A stretch of DNA of 64,000 bases from the NCBI GenBank assembly GCA_028534125.1, contig CM052817.1:108936001-109000000 (forward strand), read 5' to 3'. How positions within the stretch are numbered: the stretch's first letter is position 1; each line of letters begins with the position of its first letter. Origin of the DNA: Lama glama. Lineage: Eukaryota. Shown here in pieces: positions 13,815 through 25,830 of the stretch. The position numbers and the translations under genes are program-made. A model generated the notes under the pieces. It made no database searches, had not been told where the DNA came from, and was given only the letters and a program-made list of their open reading frames with translations.

Positions 13815-15560
13815 ATATCTCTTATGAATATAGATGCAAAAATCCTCATCAAAATATTAGCAAAACAAATTCAACAGCATATTAAAAGGATTATACACCA
13901 TGAGCCAGTGGCATTTATCTCAGTAATGCAAGGTTGGTTCAACATAAGAATACCAATCAATGTGATACATGAATAAAATGAAGGAGAAATAAATGCTAAT
14001 TTCAACTGACACAGAAAAACAAAAATGCTCAACTCCACTGCTATTAAACATTGTCTGGAAGTTCTAGACAGAGAAATTAGTCAAGAAAAATAAATAAAAG
14101 TCATCCAAATTCATACAGAATTTGTAAGAAACCTCAAATAGCCAAAAAAAAAAAAAATGAAAACAGAACAAACTTGAAGATCTCACCCTTCTCCATTTCA
14201 AAACTTACCACAAAGCTACAATAATCAAAGCAATGTAGTGTCAGCTCAGAAACACTGGAATAGAACTGAGAGTCCAGAAATAAAACCAGTAGTCTAAAGC
14301 CAATTGATTTTTGACAAGGTGTTAAGATCAATGGTGAAGAATAGTGACAATTCAAAAAATGATGCGAGGACAAATGGATAGCCTTAGGCTACCCCTACCA
14401 TACACAATACACAAAAATTAACTCAAAATATACCAATAACCTAAATACAAGAGCTAAAACCATAAATCTCTTAGGAAAAAATACACCAGTAAATCTTTGT
14501 GACTTGGATTTGGCAGTGAATTCTTAGATATGTCAAGAACAGCATTAGGATCAATAAAAAGTAGATACATCAAATTTCATTAAAATTAAAAACTTGTTCA
14601 TCAAAGCTGTTATTGATAAAGAGAAAAATAAAACCTATAGAAAGGGAAAAATGTTTGCAAGTCACTTATCTCCTAAAGAACTCCTATAGCTCAATAAGAA
14701 AAAGGCAACCTGATTTTTAAAATGGTCAAAATAAATAATACAATGATCCAAAAGGGCCTAAATAGACATTTCTTCAAATAAAATATACAAATGGCCAAAA
14801 AGTATATGGAAAGAGACTCAACATCATTAATCATCACAGAAATGGAAAACTAAAACCACAATGAAGTGCCACTCACATCCACCGGGAGATTTGGAATCAA
14901 ATGAAAAATAACAAATCTTGGCAAGGATGTAGATGAGTTAAAAGTCTTGTACATGGCTGGTAGGAAAATAAAATGGTTGAACTGCTGTGGAAAACAGTTG
15001 GCAAGTCCTCAAAAGTTAAACACAGTGCCATGTGACCCAGCCATTCGACGCCTAGGTATGTAAGCCAAAAATTTAAAACAGGTACTTAGACAGATAAAAA
15101 GACACACATGTCCACTGTGGCTCTATTTGCAGTGGCTAAAAGGTGGAAGCAACCAAATGCACATGGGTGGATTAGAAGATAAACAGATTGTCGTAGACAC
15201 AAACAATGGAATATCGCTTGGTTATAAGGAGAAGTGAAGTCTTAATGCATTCTACAAGTAGGTGAGCTTTGAGAAAACTATACTAAGTGGGGAAAGCCAA
15301 ACACAAAGTATCAATACATAACATTACAAAATATCCAACATAGCTAAAGCCAGAGAGACAGGTGAAGGTTGGTGGTTACCATGGTTACCAGAGAGTGGGG
15401 AGTAATTTAATGGGCATGGAGCAATTTTGAAGGCATAGAAATATTTTGGGACTAGACAGAGATGGTGGTTGTACACCATTGTGGGTATATCAATGCCATT
15501 GAACTGTTTCCTTTAAAATGGTTCCATACATTATGTAGATTTTAATCCAGTTTAAAAAAA
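13815..15560 (+). mobile_element. Old L1 3' portion (ORF2 fragments and 3'UTR, L1MB/MC-like)
   Basis: atagatgcaaaaatcctc...atacaccatga; ttgatttttgacaagg; gacccagccattcgacgcctaggtat; 3'UTR ggtggttgtacaccattgtg followed by an A-rich tail. Confidence 0.9.
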
Positions 15561-15654
15561 GTTTTTTTTAAGTCATAGGAAAAATAAAAAATAAGTGTAT
15601 TAAACTAACAGGGCAGAAAGACACTTGCCAGGGGGAACTTTGAGTTTCATCACT

Positions 15655-15908
15655 GACTCAAGCTCAAAGTTTCCTCTTATAATTATAGTAAATCAAAACT
15701 TTTTTCTTCTTTTTTTTGCCTAAGCTGAGCTTTAAAAGTGCCATTTTCCTTCTAAGATCTGTTTCTCTACATTTATAGACTCAGGCTCAAAGACTCATAC
15801 TCAAAGTTTCATCTTATATTTATAGTAAATCAAAACTAAAAGAAGACTAAACTGACCCTAAAAATGCTCTTTTTTCTTATAAAATCTATTCCTCTGCTTT
15901 TATAGAAC
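15655..15908. repeat. Diverged tandem duplication, about 137-bp period
   Basis: Two copies of gactca..ctcaaagtttc.tcttata.ttatagtaaatcaaaact...ctaa.ctga...tttataga, starting at 15655 and 15792. Confidence 0.85.
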
Positions 15909-16137
15909 TTTCATACAATCTGTGGGTCTGAGACTGACAATGACCTTGACAAAAGAAACAAAAAGAAGTTCATGAGTTTGAGCTTTAAGGAACTCTTATT
16001 TTGCCCCCTTCTTTCTTTAGATAGTAATGAATTAACTGGAAAAGAAAAAAAAAACAATTATAAGAACACAAACAAAATGTTGATGAGGCTATGGTCACTG
16101 GCATGACTTTCTCACAATCCTCTGTTTCCCAAACTAA

Positions 16138-16563
16138 TGTTACAGCAACCTGAATCCCCTCAAGACACCAAGAGACACTCACACTTGGAGGGTTGGAGAA
16201 CTCAGGTTTACTATGCCAGCAGGCCCAGGAGAGTTGACACTCCAAGCTCTGGACCCCGTCTGTACGTTTACACAGGCTTTTATAGGATTTTAGGTTTCAA
16301 TTAAGTTCACACCATATGCAAATGAAGTGTAAGAAATGGACCAATCAGGAGTGAGCTTTCGGGGACCAACAGAATTGTAGGGGTAAATGCAAATTAGGTG
16401 TTAGAAATGGACCAATCAGGAGTGAGCTTTTGGGAACCAATAGAATTTTACAGGTAAGTTTCATTTTCCTAGAAGCAAGCTGTTTTACAGAAGTGCAAAC
16501 GTGGGAAGGCAATGGCCCTGCCTGGGAGGTCTTGCTGTTCCCTTTGCGGGTTTTGCCCCTTCA
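16138..16563 (-). mobile_element. Solo LTR, ERV1/gammaretrovirus-like, with a 71-bp U3 duplication
   Basis: Minus strand TGAAGGGG...TGTAACA; perfect TSD CTAA (16134-16137 / 16564-16567); minus-strand TATAAAA near 16278 and AGTAAA near 16208. Confidence 0.9.
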
Positions 16564-17737
16564 CTAATAAGGGTTTAATTTAATTTGCTGAAATGAAGAA
16601 GAGCCATAAAGTCATTTCCTTTATTCAAAGACCTTTAAACTAACATCTTTTAGTAATAATTTTGAAATGACAAAAACAGCTAAAACAATAAATTTATTTC
16701 CTTTGCCAATCTGGTAAAGAAAGAATGCATAAAAGCACACACTAAACTGTCAAAGTGTAGCGTTTTGCTTTCTAACAGACAAATCTTGATAATGATGAAG
16801 AATAATCAACTTTAAACCTGCTATTCGACAGTCGCGATTATCTTACTTGTATTTTTTTTTTTGAAAGAGCCAAAAATCTCTTACAGACAAGGATAAAGAA
16901 CAGTTTGCATTTGGCTGTTTTATTATTCTTTGCACTGAAGGAATCTCATGAAACCAATTTTGATGTTCTGTCGAGGACAACGGTTGTCTTATCAGGGGAT
17001 GAATTCTTGACCCATTTATGAATTCCCTTCCTATGTAATTGTAAAAACTGGAAGTTGCTTTGATAAGAGGTTCTTCCTTTTAAGAGATCAGTTAGGAGCA
17101 GATTAAGATGAGGAACCCAAGAACTAGATTTTCTTAAACTCCTGGCTATCTAGCTTCCTCGGGGCCTTGCTGGCAACCACTGTGTGTCCTGTCTCTTACT
17201 GTTCCACCATCTCGTTATAAGGTCAGCTGCTCAGATCTTTACTCAGACCTTCAAATCCTCACCTGTGTTTCTCCCTTCCCTGGAGTGCTCGGCCTCTCCT
17301 GTTAGAATTTCCTCTCCGAGCATCCACTCAGTGGAGGGTCCGTGATGCGCTCAGCTTCATCCCACGTGACGTGTGCCTCGTTTCCATGCCTCAGCCTTTC
17401 CTTGGAGCCCCACGACCGTCACCTTCGGGAACCTCCTGACAAAGCCATCGTCTTGGGTCTTATGCTGTCTCTCTGACTGATCCTTATTGAACAAGATGTG
17501 GAAAACGTGAGAATAAAATGAAAATTATTGAAACTCCCATAGTCCCATTAGTCAGAGGCGCCTGCCGAGGATAGAAGTAGCTAAACAGGTCCGAGGTCTC
17601 TGTCCAAACGCCACACCTGTTCTCAGCTGTGTCCCACCCAGAGAGACCAGAGAGAGCAACACTTCCATTGGGGACAAAGAAAGGGCGGGAAAAATCTGCT
17701 GTCGGCCTCAAAGCTACCCAAACTCCAGGTATAGTTT

Positions 17738-17927
17738 ACTATTTTTAATTTATTTATTTTTTATTGACGTGTAGTCGGTTTACAATGTTATGCTAACTTC
17801 TGGTGTGCAGCACAGTGACTCAATCACATGTATGTTCATGTTCGTATTCTTTGTCACTCCGGGTGACTACGAGGAACTGAAAAGAGTTCCCTGCGCTCTT
17901 CAGTAGGACCTGGTTGTCTACCTCCAT
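17738..17927 (-). mobile_element. 5'-truncated L1 3' end (cetartiodactyl type)
   Basis: L1 3'UTR text flanked by a 14-bp TSD TCCAGGTATAGTTT (17724-17737 / 17928-17941). Confidence 0.88.
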
Positions 17928-18149
17928 TCCAGGTATAGTTTGAATACAGCAAGTCCAGTGACCTGGCGACCTGAGCTGGAGGCGTCAGTCCTAGATTTAC
18001 AACATCCTAAAGGGCTGCTTTTGCAATCACGTCGTCAGTCACATACCTTTCTGCTGTCACTTTAAAACACCAAGTTTTCCTCTGCTTTCTGGCTATGCTG
18101 TCTTTTCAGTAAACCCGATTTTAATTTATCATGAAACTACCCCTGTGCT

Positions 18150-18214
18150 GAACACACGCACGTGTGCAAACACACACAGACACACACAGACACACACAGA
18201 CACACAAACACACC
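18150..18214. repeat. Imperfect (CA)n / (CACACACAGA)n microsatellite
   Basis: Directly visible. Confidence 0.85.
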
Positions 18215-18977
18215 CCCCTGTTAGTCTTAGACTTGGGTATAAATTCCTAGAATTCTTGGGTTGAGGGCACCTAAACACATCGATTAAGACCCTTTCTGTT
18301 GTAAGTGAGAAACAAGCTCATTGGCGAATTCATTGGCTCCGGGGTTTTAGAGGTCTGCCTGCTTTTACTTTTTAGTGACTTCAGGTGTGTCTTCGTTCTG
18401 GGCTAAAACCAGGCCACCACAAGCCACCGGTTGGCTTTGCCATTTCTCAGTTGTTTGCTGCACCCCCGTCTGCCTGTGCTGACCCCTCATCCACCCTCCC
18501 CCACCCAGCTCCTGGTGACCTCAGAGCCACACTGTTGCAGCACTGAACACTGCAGAGTGGCCCGTTTCCCTTTAGTTTGTCAACGGAAGTCCTGGCACTT
18601 GAATCTCACCTGGTCTGACGTAGACTCTGCCAATCTCTGAACCAGCCCTGTCCTTCTGGGCTGTCAGTTCCCTCCAAATTTACAGGCTGAGGGGAGGCAG
18701 AGGGGGCCTCCCCAAAGGAGCATCAGAGCTCAGTCCTCAGAAGGAGGAGGAAGTGAATCTGTGTGACCCTAACAGCGCCCTTCCATTGCATGATTGTTGT
18801 GTGATGTTTTTAAAACACTGGACACTGCCATAGACTTAATAATTGTCAACATGGTAGTGAAAATAGTACTTTTTAACTTTGGTCGGCACTGTGTTTGAAG
18901 CCCTGTCTTTATCTGAGAGGTCTGCATTTCTCTCTGTCATATATTTTTCTACAAATTGCCCCTTCCTGCCCTTTATT

Positions 18978-19445
18978 TCTTTTCTTTCAGTTTATTAAGA
19001 TGTAATTGACCTACAGCACCAGATAAGTTTAATGCATAAGGACTTGATTTACATACTCGGCAAATGGGTCATCACAATAAGTTTAGTTAACATCCACCTT
19101 TTCATACAGCTCCTTGCAAAAAAAGAGAGAAAAAATTCTTTTTTGTGGTAAGAATTGTTAGGATTTACTCTCTTAGCAAGTTTTAAATGTATCCTCCACT
19201 AGTCGCAGTCACCTTGTGGTATGTTACGGCCCTGGGACTCGTTTACCTTAGAGCTGGGAATTCGTGCCTTTCGGCCACCAGTTCCCACCTCTGGTGACCA
19301 CAAATCTAATCCCTTTTTCTATGAATTCGGTGGTTTTTATTTTTTGGTTTTTCCATCCCACAAACCCAGCCATTTGCAAAACATAGATGCACTTGAGGGC
19401 ACTATGCTAACTGAAATAATTCAGACAGAGAAAGACAAATTCTGT
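18978..19445 (-). mobile_element. L1 3' end (L1MA9-like) with inverted 5' segment
   Basis: 18978-19355 is antisense L1 3'UTR; about 19362-19445 is the adjacent upstream L1 segment in the opposite orientation. Confidence 0.75.
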
Positions 19446-20590
19446 CCTTTACTCAAGTGCTGTTACTGTGTTTGGATTTTTTATCTTTTATTTATTTATT
19501 TATTTATTTATTTTTTGGTCCTGCCATTTCATGCTTTCGCTGTTTCTTCTGAGACTCAGGATCATGTCTGGTAATAGTCTGATTTTATTCATTTGTAACA
19601 ATTTTTCTTTTCTCTTTAACTTATCTTTCTACCAAAAATCATATGAGATTTATTGTTCTTTCAGTAAAAGACTTTTATAAAGATAAGTCAAGCTTTTTTC
19701 CTTTAATGCTCTTTCCTCACCGCCTTGGTACCTTTTGAACTCTTCTTTGTCTGGTACCTTTTGAATTCTTTAGATCTGTAACTAGAGGTCCATATTCAGA
19801 ATTTGCCCTCCTGCTGCTTAGGTCTTTTAATATTTGTCTTGTTCGAAAGTTTGCACTTTTTCTTACTGAAAACCAAGTAACCGTTTGGGTAGGCGTGCAG
19901 TTGGCAACAGTGTTGCCTTCCCTCCACGTGAAACACACTCCTTTGTCTCTTGCTCTGAATTCTGAGAGATTTTGTCATTTTCCTCTTCTGTATTCCCGAT
20001 TCTGTTTTCACAGTTTAGTCTGACCTTTTCTCTTATGCCAACTATCAACAGTCTTTTATTTCACGCATAGAAACCACATTTCTTTGAAGTTCATCCAAGT
20101 GAAAAGGAGATCTGACCTACAAGGCTCCCCTCCTTTCCTTCCCTCCTTCCACGTCCTCTATGGCGGTGCTTCTGTTTGGTTGGTGAGTTGATTGATGTAG
20201 CCTCAAAATTATCCAAACCAAAATTTCCTCAGAATCAGAACGAGAGCACCTTCTCAGTCACTCTGGTTTCTCACTTGGATGATTTTAGAGAACTTGCTTA
20301 AGATTGCAAACTGGAGGGATGATTACTCGGCTGAAAACACTCAGCTGAGAGGCCAGAGGCTGGGGCCGGAGCAGCGGGGAAGATGCTCAGTTTTGCCTCC
20401 GGTGAGGCTGGATCACTGGTGTGAAGTCTGTGAAGTCAGTGAACCCAAGCGCCCAGGTCACCGTGACCAACACCATCCCTGCGGGACCACCCCCTGATCC
20501 AGGGACCCCCACCTCTCTGCCCAGTTTGGGTTCACAATTTCTCATGTCAAGGACAAGTTTATGAGCAAGTAGAAAAAACACTTCCAGAGA

Positions 20591-21070
20591 TGCCAGCGTG
20601 GCTCTTATTGGCTGTTGCTTATGACAGACTCGCGTCCAAAGGAGTAGAAAACAAACTAACAGACTGACTCCCTGCCGTCACACTCTGCCCTCGCATCCCT
20701 TCTTCTCTGAGCATGGCTTCAATCCAGAGGCTGTGCTCCAGGAAGGAGGCAATGGACCAATAATCTCAGAAAAGTGCACAGACCCTCAGGAGTTCCTCCT
20801 GATGCCAGAAAGATTCACCCAGGTTAAGGGGAATGTAGCAGCACCCTGGAAAGCACCCTGGTTGTTGTCACCTTTTCTGTCCCATCCAGTTCTCTATAAA
20901 ACCTCAGGACCTCAACCCCAGGATGGATTCACAGTCCCCAAGGCGTGAGCCTGCTGTGACCTGCCTCTGCCTGATGAAACAGGAAAGCTGTTCTTTTCTG
21001 ATTTTCCCCAGACTCTGCCTCTGAGTCTCAGTTCGGTTTTCAGGGTACAGAGGCTGGTTTTGCAGCAATA
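20591..21070 (+). mobile_element. Probable ERV1-type solo LTR
   Basis: TATAAAA at 20895 and a U5-like end (ctctgcctctgagtctcagttcgg...cagaggctggttttgcagcaa). No clear TSD; left boundary uncertain. Confidence 0.55.
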
Positions 21071-23734
21071 GAATCAATGAAATTAGATTGAAGAGATTTT
21101 CTCAGCTGTCTCCCAGCTTCTTATCCAGCTGACGTCCTGACTGTACTTGGTCTCGTCTGAATCTCTACCCACCTTCCTCTCCAATGCCATTGATGGGGTG
21201 ACACTTTGGAATAATACAGGGGGTGACCAGCAGTATCTGTTATGTTTGTAAATGGACTTTGCCTTGATTTATCAATTCCACATCTAAGAGTATACAGACA
21301 TGGTTTGATTGTGTGTAAACACACAGTGCATTTATTTCACTCCTCCTAAAGTTGTTTGTACTGGAAAATCTCAGATACAAGCTGAGTGTTTATCAATGGG
21401 ATACAGGTTGCCTGATAATGATATATTGATAGGAAAGACTATCAGGCAGCTGTTAAAAGATACAAGGTAAACGATGGGAAAATATAACTATTCCATGTTG
21501 TTAACTATTTTTTTTAAAGTTAAAAAACAGAAAATAATACAATGATATGTGTATAAATATATAAGACATAGAGAATACTCATAAAGGCATTGAAAGCTTC
21601 TCACAAGCAAACTCAAAACAGGCCACAAGTTGGGAACAAGTCGTGGACAGGACAGTTTGGGAGTATTTCCTCTTCAGAGCGCACAAGTTTATTTTCTAGA
21701 TTTTTTTTTTTGCATTTATAAACTTACCAAACAAAGAAAGGCTGTCTAGAGGTGAGCATCACTTACTCGAATTGGGCCACTTTCCTTCCAGTCTCCTAGA
21801 GTCAGTGTTTTCACGCCAGCTTCACGGACTCACTTCACAGTTTCTTCTCCTTCAGATGCCTTTCCTCCTCTGCCTGAATTCAGTCCAAACCTTTTTTGCT
21901 GTTGTTGTTCATAACTCAGCTCAAATTCCACTTCCCCCATGCCGTTTTCTCTAAGGAATGACTCCTCTCTGTGGAATATTTAATCAAACACTCTCCCTAC
22001 TCAGGACCCAGGATGTGGACCTCACCCGAGTAACGTGAGCTCACATTGCTCCACCCTGCTCCTCAGTCTGTCCCTGGACAGTAACCTTCCCCAGAAGCAT
22101 CCGGGATCAAGAGCTTCTCAGTTTGTAGGCTGGGTGCTCAGTAAACGTGCATTAATTCATAGTTTAGTCAGTAAACGTGCTGTGAGCCGAGCTCCCGAGA
22201 ATGTGCATGTTGTCTGGTTTTCTTTGTTTGCCAGCATTTTTTCTCAGACAAAAGGATGATCATCCCCCCCACCCCTTTTTAAGCTCTTTTCTCTTTTCAG
22301 AATGGATGCTGGACTAGAAATTAGCATCAAGAACTGGAATAGACTTAATGATAATGTTCATAATATCCCAATTCTCCTTCCTACAGGGCATTTTCCCCCA
22401 CCTTTCTACGGCAAATTTACTATTAACAGAACTCATACTATGTCTTTCATGCCTTGCATGGCTTTGATGCCAGGCTGAGTATTGAAGTTGCTTCCTCTGG
22501 TTCTATAAAAGCTTTTCTCCTTTTTTTCCAGCCCTCTTATCTTTCTCTTTAAAGCCAGTGAGATGGTCTCCTGTGGGGCTACCCTGTTTATTCCAACAGT
22601 CCTACAAGAACAATCATAGGATGAAAGGAAGCAAATCATAGGAAATTTTGTTCTGAGTTCAAAGAGCACACCTGGGCACTCACTAAAAGAAACGCCTTTC
22701 CCCGTGGAAAACACATTTATTATCTCCTTTCCAAGGCTCTGCTTCTAACTCTAATACAAGGCAGCGTTGGAGCAGTAGTCGTTCATGGCTATTCCCATTC
22801 TGAGTTATTGAATTTCCACACATCCTAATGAGGTCTTATATTCACTGGGGTTTGATATTCTCATGTGCCATCAATTTCCATGGAACATAATTAGAACCAA
22901 TGGGAATACGTTCATTCAAAGCATAAAGATGGGGTGACCAATCTCTGTCCATCCTAATGGCACTAGTGACAACCACTGACGCACAAGGTTTACTGAGCCC
23001 TCAGATCTGTTTTGCGTAACTCTTCCTTTGAGTTAGCACATGCCATTTAGCTACATTTGATACAATGTATTGGTTAACAGGATCTAAGAAATGTACCGAT
23101 TTCCTAACACTAGCGCCACATCAAAATCTACTGAGCTTGTCTTATCTCAGAGTAAAACACGAATGCCTGCACTGAATAAATTCAACTCCAGAAAGAAGGA
23201 TTTTACTCTCTTGCATGATGCCACAGACTGGAGAGCACCTCGTGCTGGTCAGCAGTGGTCAGCACGCCCACCTCTGAAGACCCTCGATCTGGATCAGCTC
23301 TTCAGAAATAAGGAAACGAGCCCAGCACTTCTGAAGAAATTGCCTCTCTAAGGTCCTTTGTTAGCGGACTGCGATGGATCTAAACTCGAGTTCCTCTGTC
23401 AGAAGCAAAGGTGATGGTGTGTGTGTTCACACCCTTTCAGGGTAAGACTCAACTGATCTTCATTATCAAAAGTGCCCTTTTAATGGTTAAGTGATTTTGA
23501 GGGTGACATGAATTTCCAGAGGAAACCTGTGATTAAGAATGAAAACTTGGCCTTGTTAACAATTATAATCCTGTTGGTTTCTAGAACGACCAAGGTCAAT
23601 TGCCCTCCCAGTGTCTTGTGCAGCTATAAACAACTAATATTTATAAATGTCTGGGAAAGAAATTCTTTTGCCATCTATCCAGATGTCACTTTGGAAAATT
23701 TTTATCTTTTAAAATCAGAAGAATGTGTCATGAC

Positions 23735-23870
23735 TAGGGTGACAATATAAGTTATTATCACAAACCAGGACACTCACTCTAAGAGTGAAAGGAGGCACCA
23801 TTAATAATTACACCAGGACGACAGGGGCAAACCAGAATGGTCCGAGATGACAGGGGCCGACTGTCCCCTT
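23735..23870 (+). mobile_element. MER94-like hAT-Blackjack MITE
   Basis: tagggtgacaatataa...aaaccaggacact...gagtgaaaggaggcaccattaataattacaccaggac matches the recalled MER94 consensus. Confidence 0.75.
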
Positions 23871-24654
23871 GGTAGCATTCTTCATGCAGTTCCCAAACTA
23901 AAAATCAACATTTCAGGTAATAATTGATGCTCGATTTTTCCGTGTCATTGGGTTTGGCAAAGAGATGAGTTTACTAATAAATCATTTAACAGTATATACA
24001 GCAAAGGTTATTGTGGCTCTTAGAGTGTTAGAAAATAAAACACAACAAATACTCTTTTCAAAATTACTTTACCTACTTATTTAGGGTGGCTTGCTCGTGT
24101 ACTTGTTTTATGAATTCTGAAAAAAAGCTTTATTTAATTTTCAAAAATGGATGACCTCATTCAAAATGTGTACATTAGCATATCTGACACGTTTATATGT
24201 TTATTAAAAAAAAGTGGGCAATGTGTTATTTTCTACAATGATACATAAAATGCTATAATAATTAAGACATCGCTGGACTCAGCATCTCGTTCAGGACACA
24301 CAGAAAGGTAGGTGAGAAGAAAAGGAGATGAAAGATGGTGCTGACACAAAAACTTACGTTTTTATGTTATTTCATCCCTGAAAACATTTTTTAAAGAACA
24401 TAGTGCCAAGGATGAAAATATTCATAGATTTAGAATTCAGTGAATCTAGTAAAATACTGATTTTTGTCAATATACTGTGATGTCCCTGTTCTCTGGAGTT
24501 GAAAACCATTCATCAGAAGGCATTTCTTGATTGTAACAATTTGCCAAAAGAGCGACTAAACAACTGTTAATACTGAGCCATGTGGTCCCAGAGTCTGCTG
24601 TTCTTGGGCCTCCATGTAGTAACCACAGAGACAACCAGGTGGATTCTATTCGTC

Positions 24655-24765
24655 TTTCTTTTCCCTTCCTTCCTTCACTCCTTCCTTCCTTCCTTCCTTC
24701 ACTCCTTCCTCCCTCCCTCCCTTCCTTCCTTCCTCCTTCCCTCCCTTCCTTCCTTCTTTCCTTAT
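24655..24765. repeat. (CCTT)n/(CCCT)n polypyrimidine microsatellite
   Basis: Directly visible; explains the low-complexity ORFs here. Confidence 0.95.
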
Positions 24766-25324
24766 TTTTCTGTTTTAACCAAAATAATTCCCTTGGAAAC
24801 TCAGTAATAAACATAGCATTCTGTAAAATTGTCATATTTTCAGTGTAAGAGGCAGTTTTCAGAATAATTGCTTGAGATGCTAGTCACATATGGTGGGGCC
24901 CCAATATGTGATGAAATTTTCTACTATCAAATTACAACTCGGGTTTACGATATGACTCAGAGACTCTGTATAATGAATTGGGAATGTCAGTTTTATGAGT
25001 CTTTCTGCAGTACACCACATGAATTTTTAAATTGTCCTTTAGATCTATCAAAAAAAAAAATCCAGCACCTTTCAATCCAAGTACTAAATATCAGAGATTG
25101 ACACAGGCAGGATTCATTTTATTCAGCAAATGCATTATGGTTTCATTAAGCATACAGTCATCCTAAAGATCTAATTGCCTAATAAAATCCAAACTTGACT
25201 ACACCAAACCAGCATCTCAGAGAATCAGATAAGAGACCACTATTTAAAAATATCATTGAATTGTTTAACACTTAATGAAAGCAGCATTTACTGTTCATGA
25301 GAAAATATAGATTACTTGCAGAAT

Positions 25325-25830
25325 TGTTCCTGAGTCCAAACTCATTCTGCTCACCACACAACAGGTCAATCAATCGGGAGATGAGGTGTTGAGACAAGGA
25401 ATAATGACTTTATTTGGAAAGTTGACAGACCAAGAAGATGGGGGACTAATGTCCTAGAGAACCATCTTCCCCAAGTCAGAATACTAAAAAGGGGAGGGGG
25501 TGTGGTTGGTTGTTGTAAGTTTCTTGAGGTCAGAATCCTTTGTTCTTGCAGCTGTCCATGTGGGTCAGATCATGATGTCCCTATAAACCTCCAACAAGAC
25601 AAATGTTATTCTCTATGCTGCAACTTTTTATCTCTATATGAATGGAAAAATGTTAATATCCTTAAAGGTCAGAGCCTTGAGAATGGGCTGTCCTGTCTAT
25701 TTCAGGCTCCAGGCAACATTCTCTTACAAAAGGTGCAGAACCAGCATGACTGAGCCCAGGAAACCGAGCACAGGGTTAGAGCTAGAGGAACAGATCTAAT
25801 ACAGAGTCAGATTTGTTCCTCCATGTTCCA
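25325..25830 (-). mobile_element. ERV1-type solo LTR
   Basis: TG...CA termini; minus-strand AATAAA near 25410; text typical of cetartiodactyl ERV1 LTRs. TSD not evident. Confidence 0.7.

Noticed and set aside
22138..22180. Direct repeat TCAGTAAACGTGC x2 (similar short duplications at 34131 and 36700)
   Set aside because: Short local slippage duplications, common in mammalian DNA; not an array.
24467..24848. ORFs rich in EGRK or PSF repeats
   Set aside because: Translation of the (CCTT)n microsatellite.
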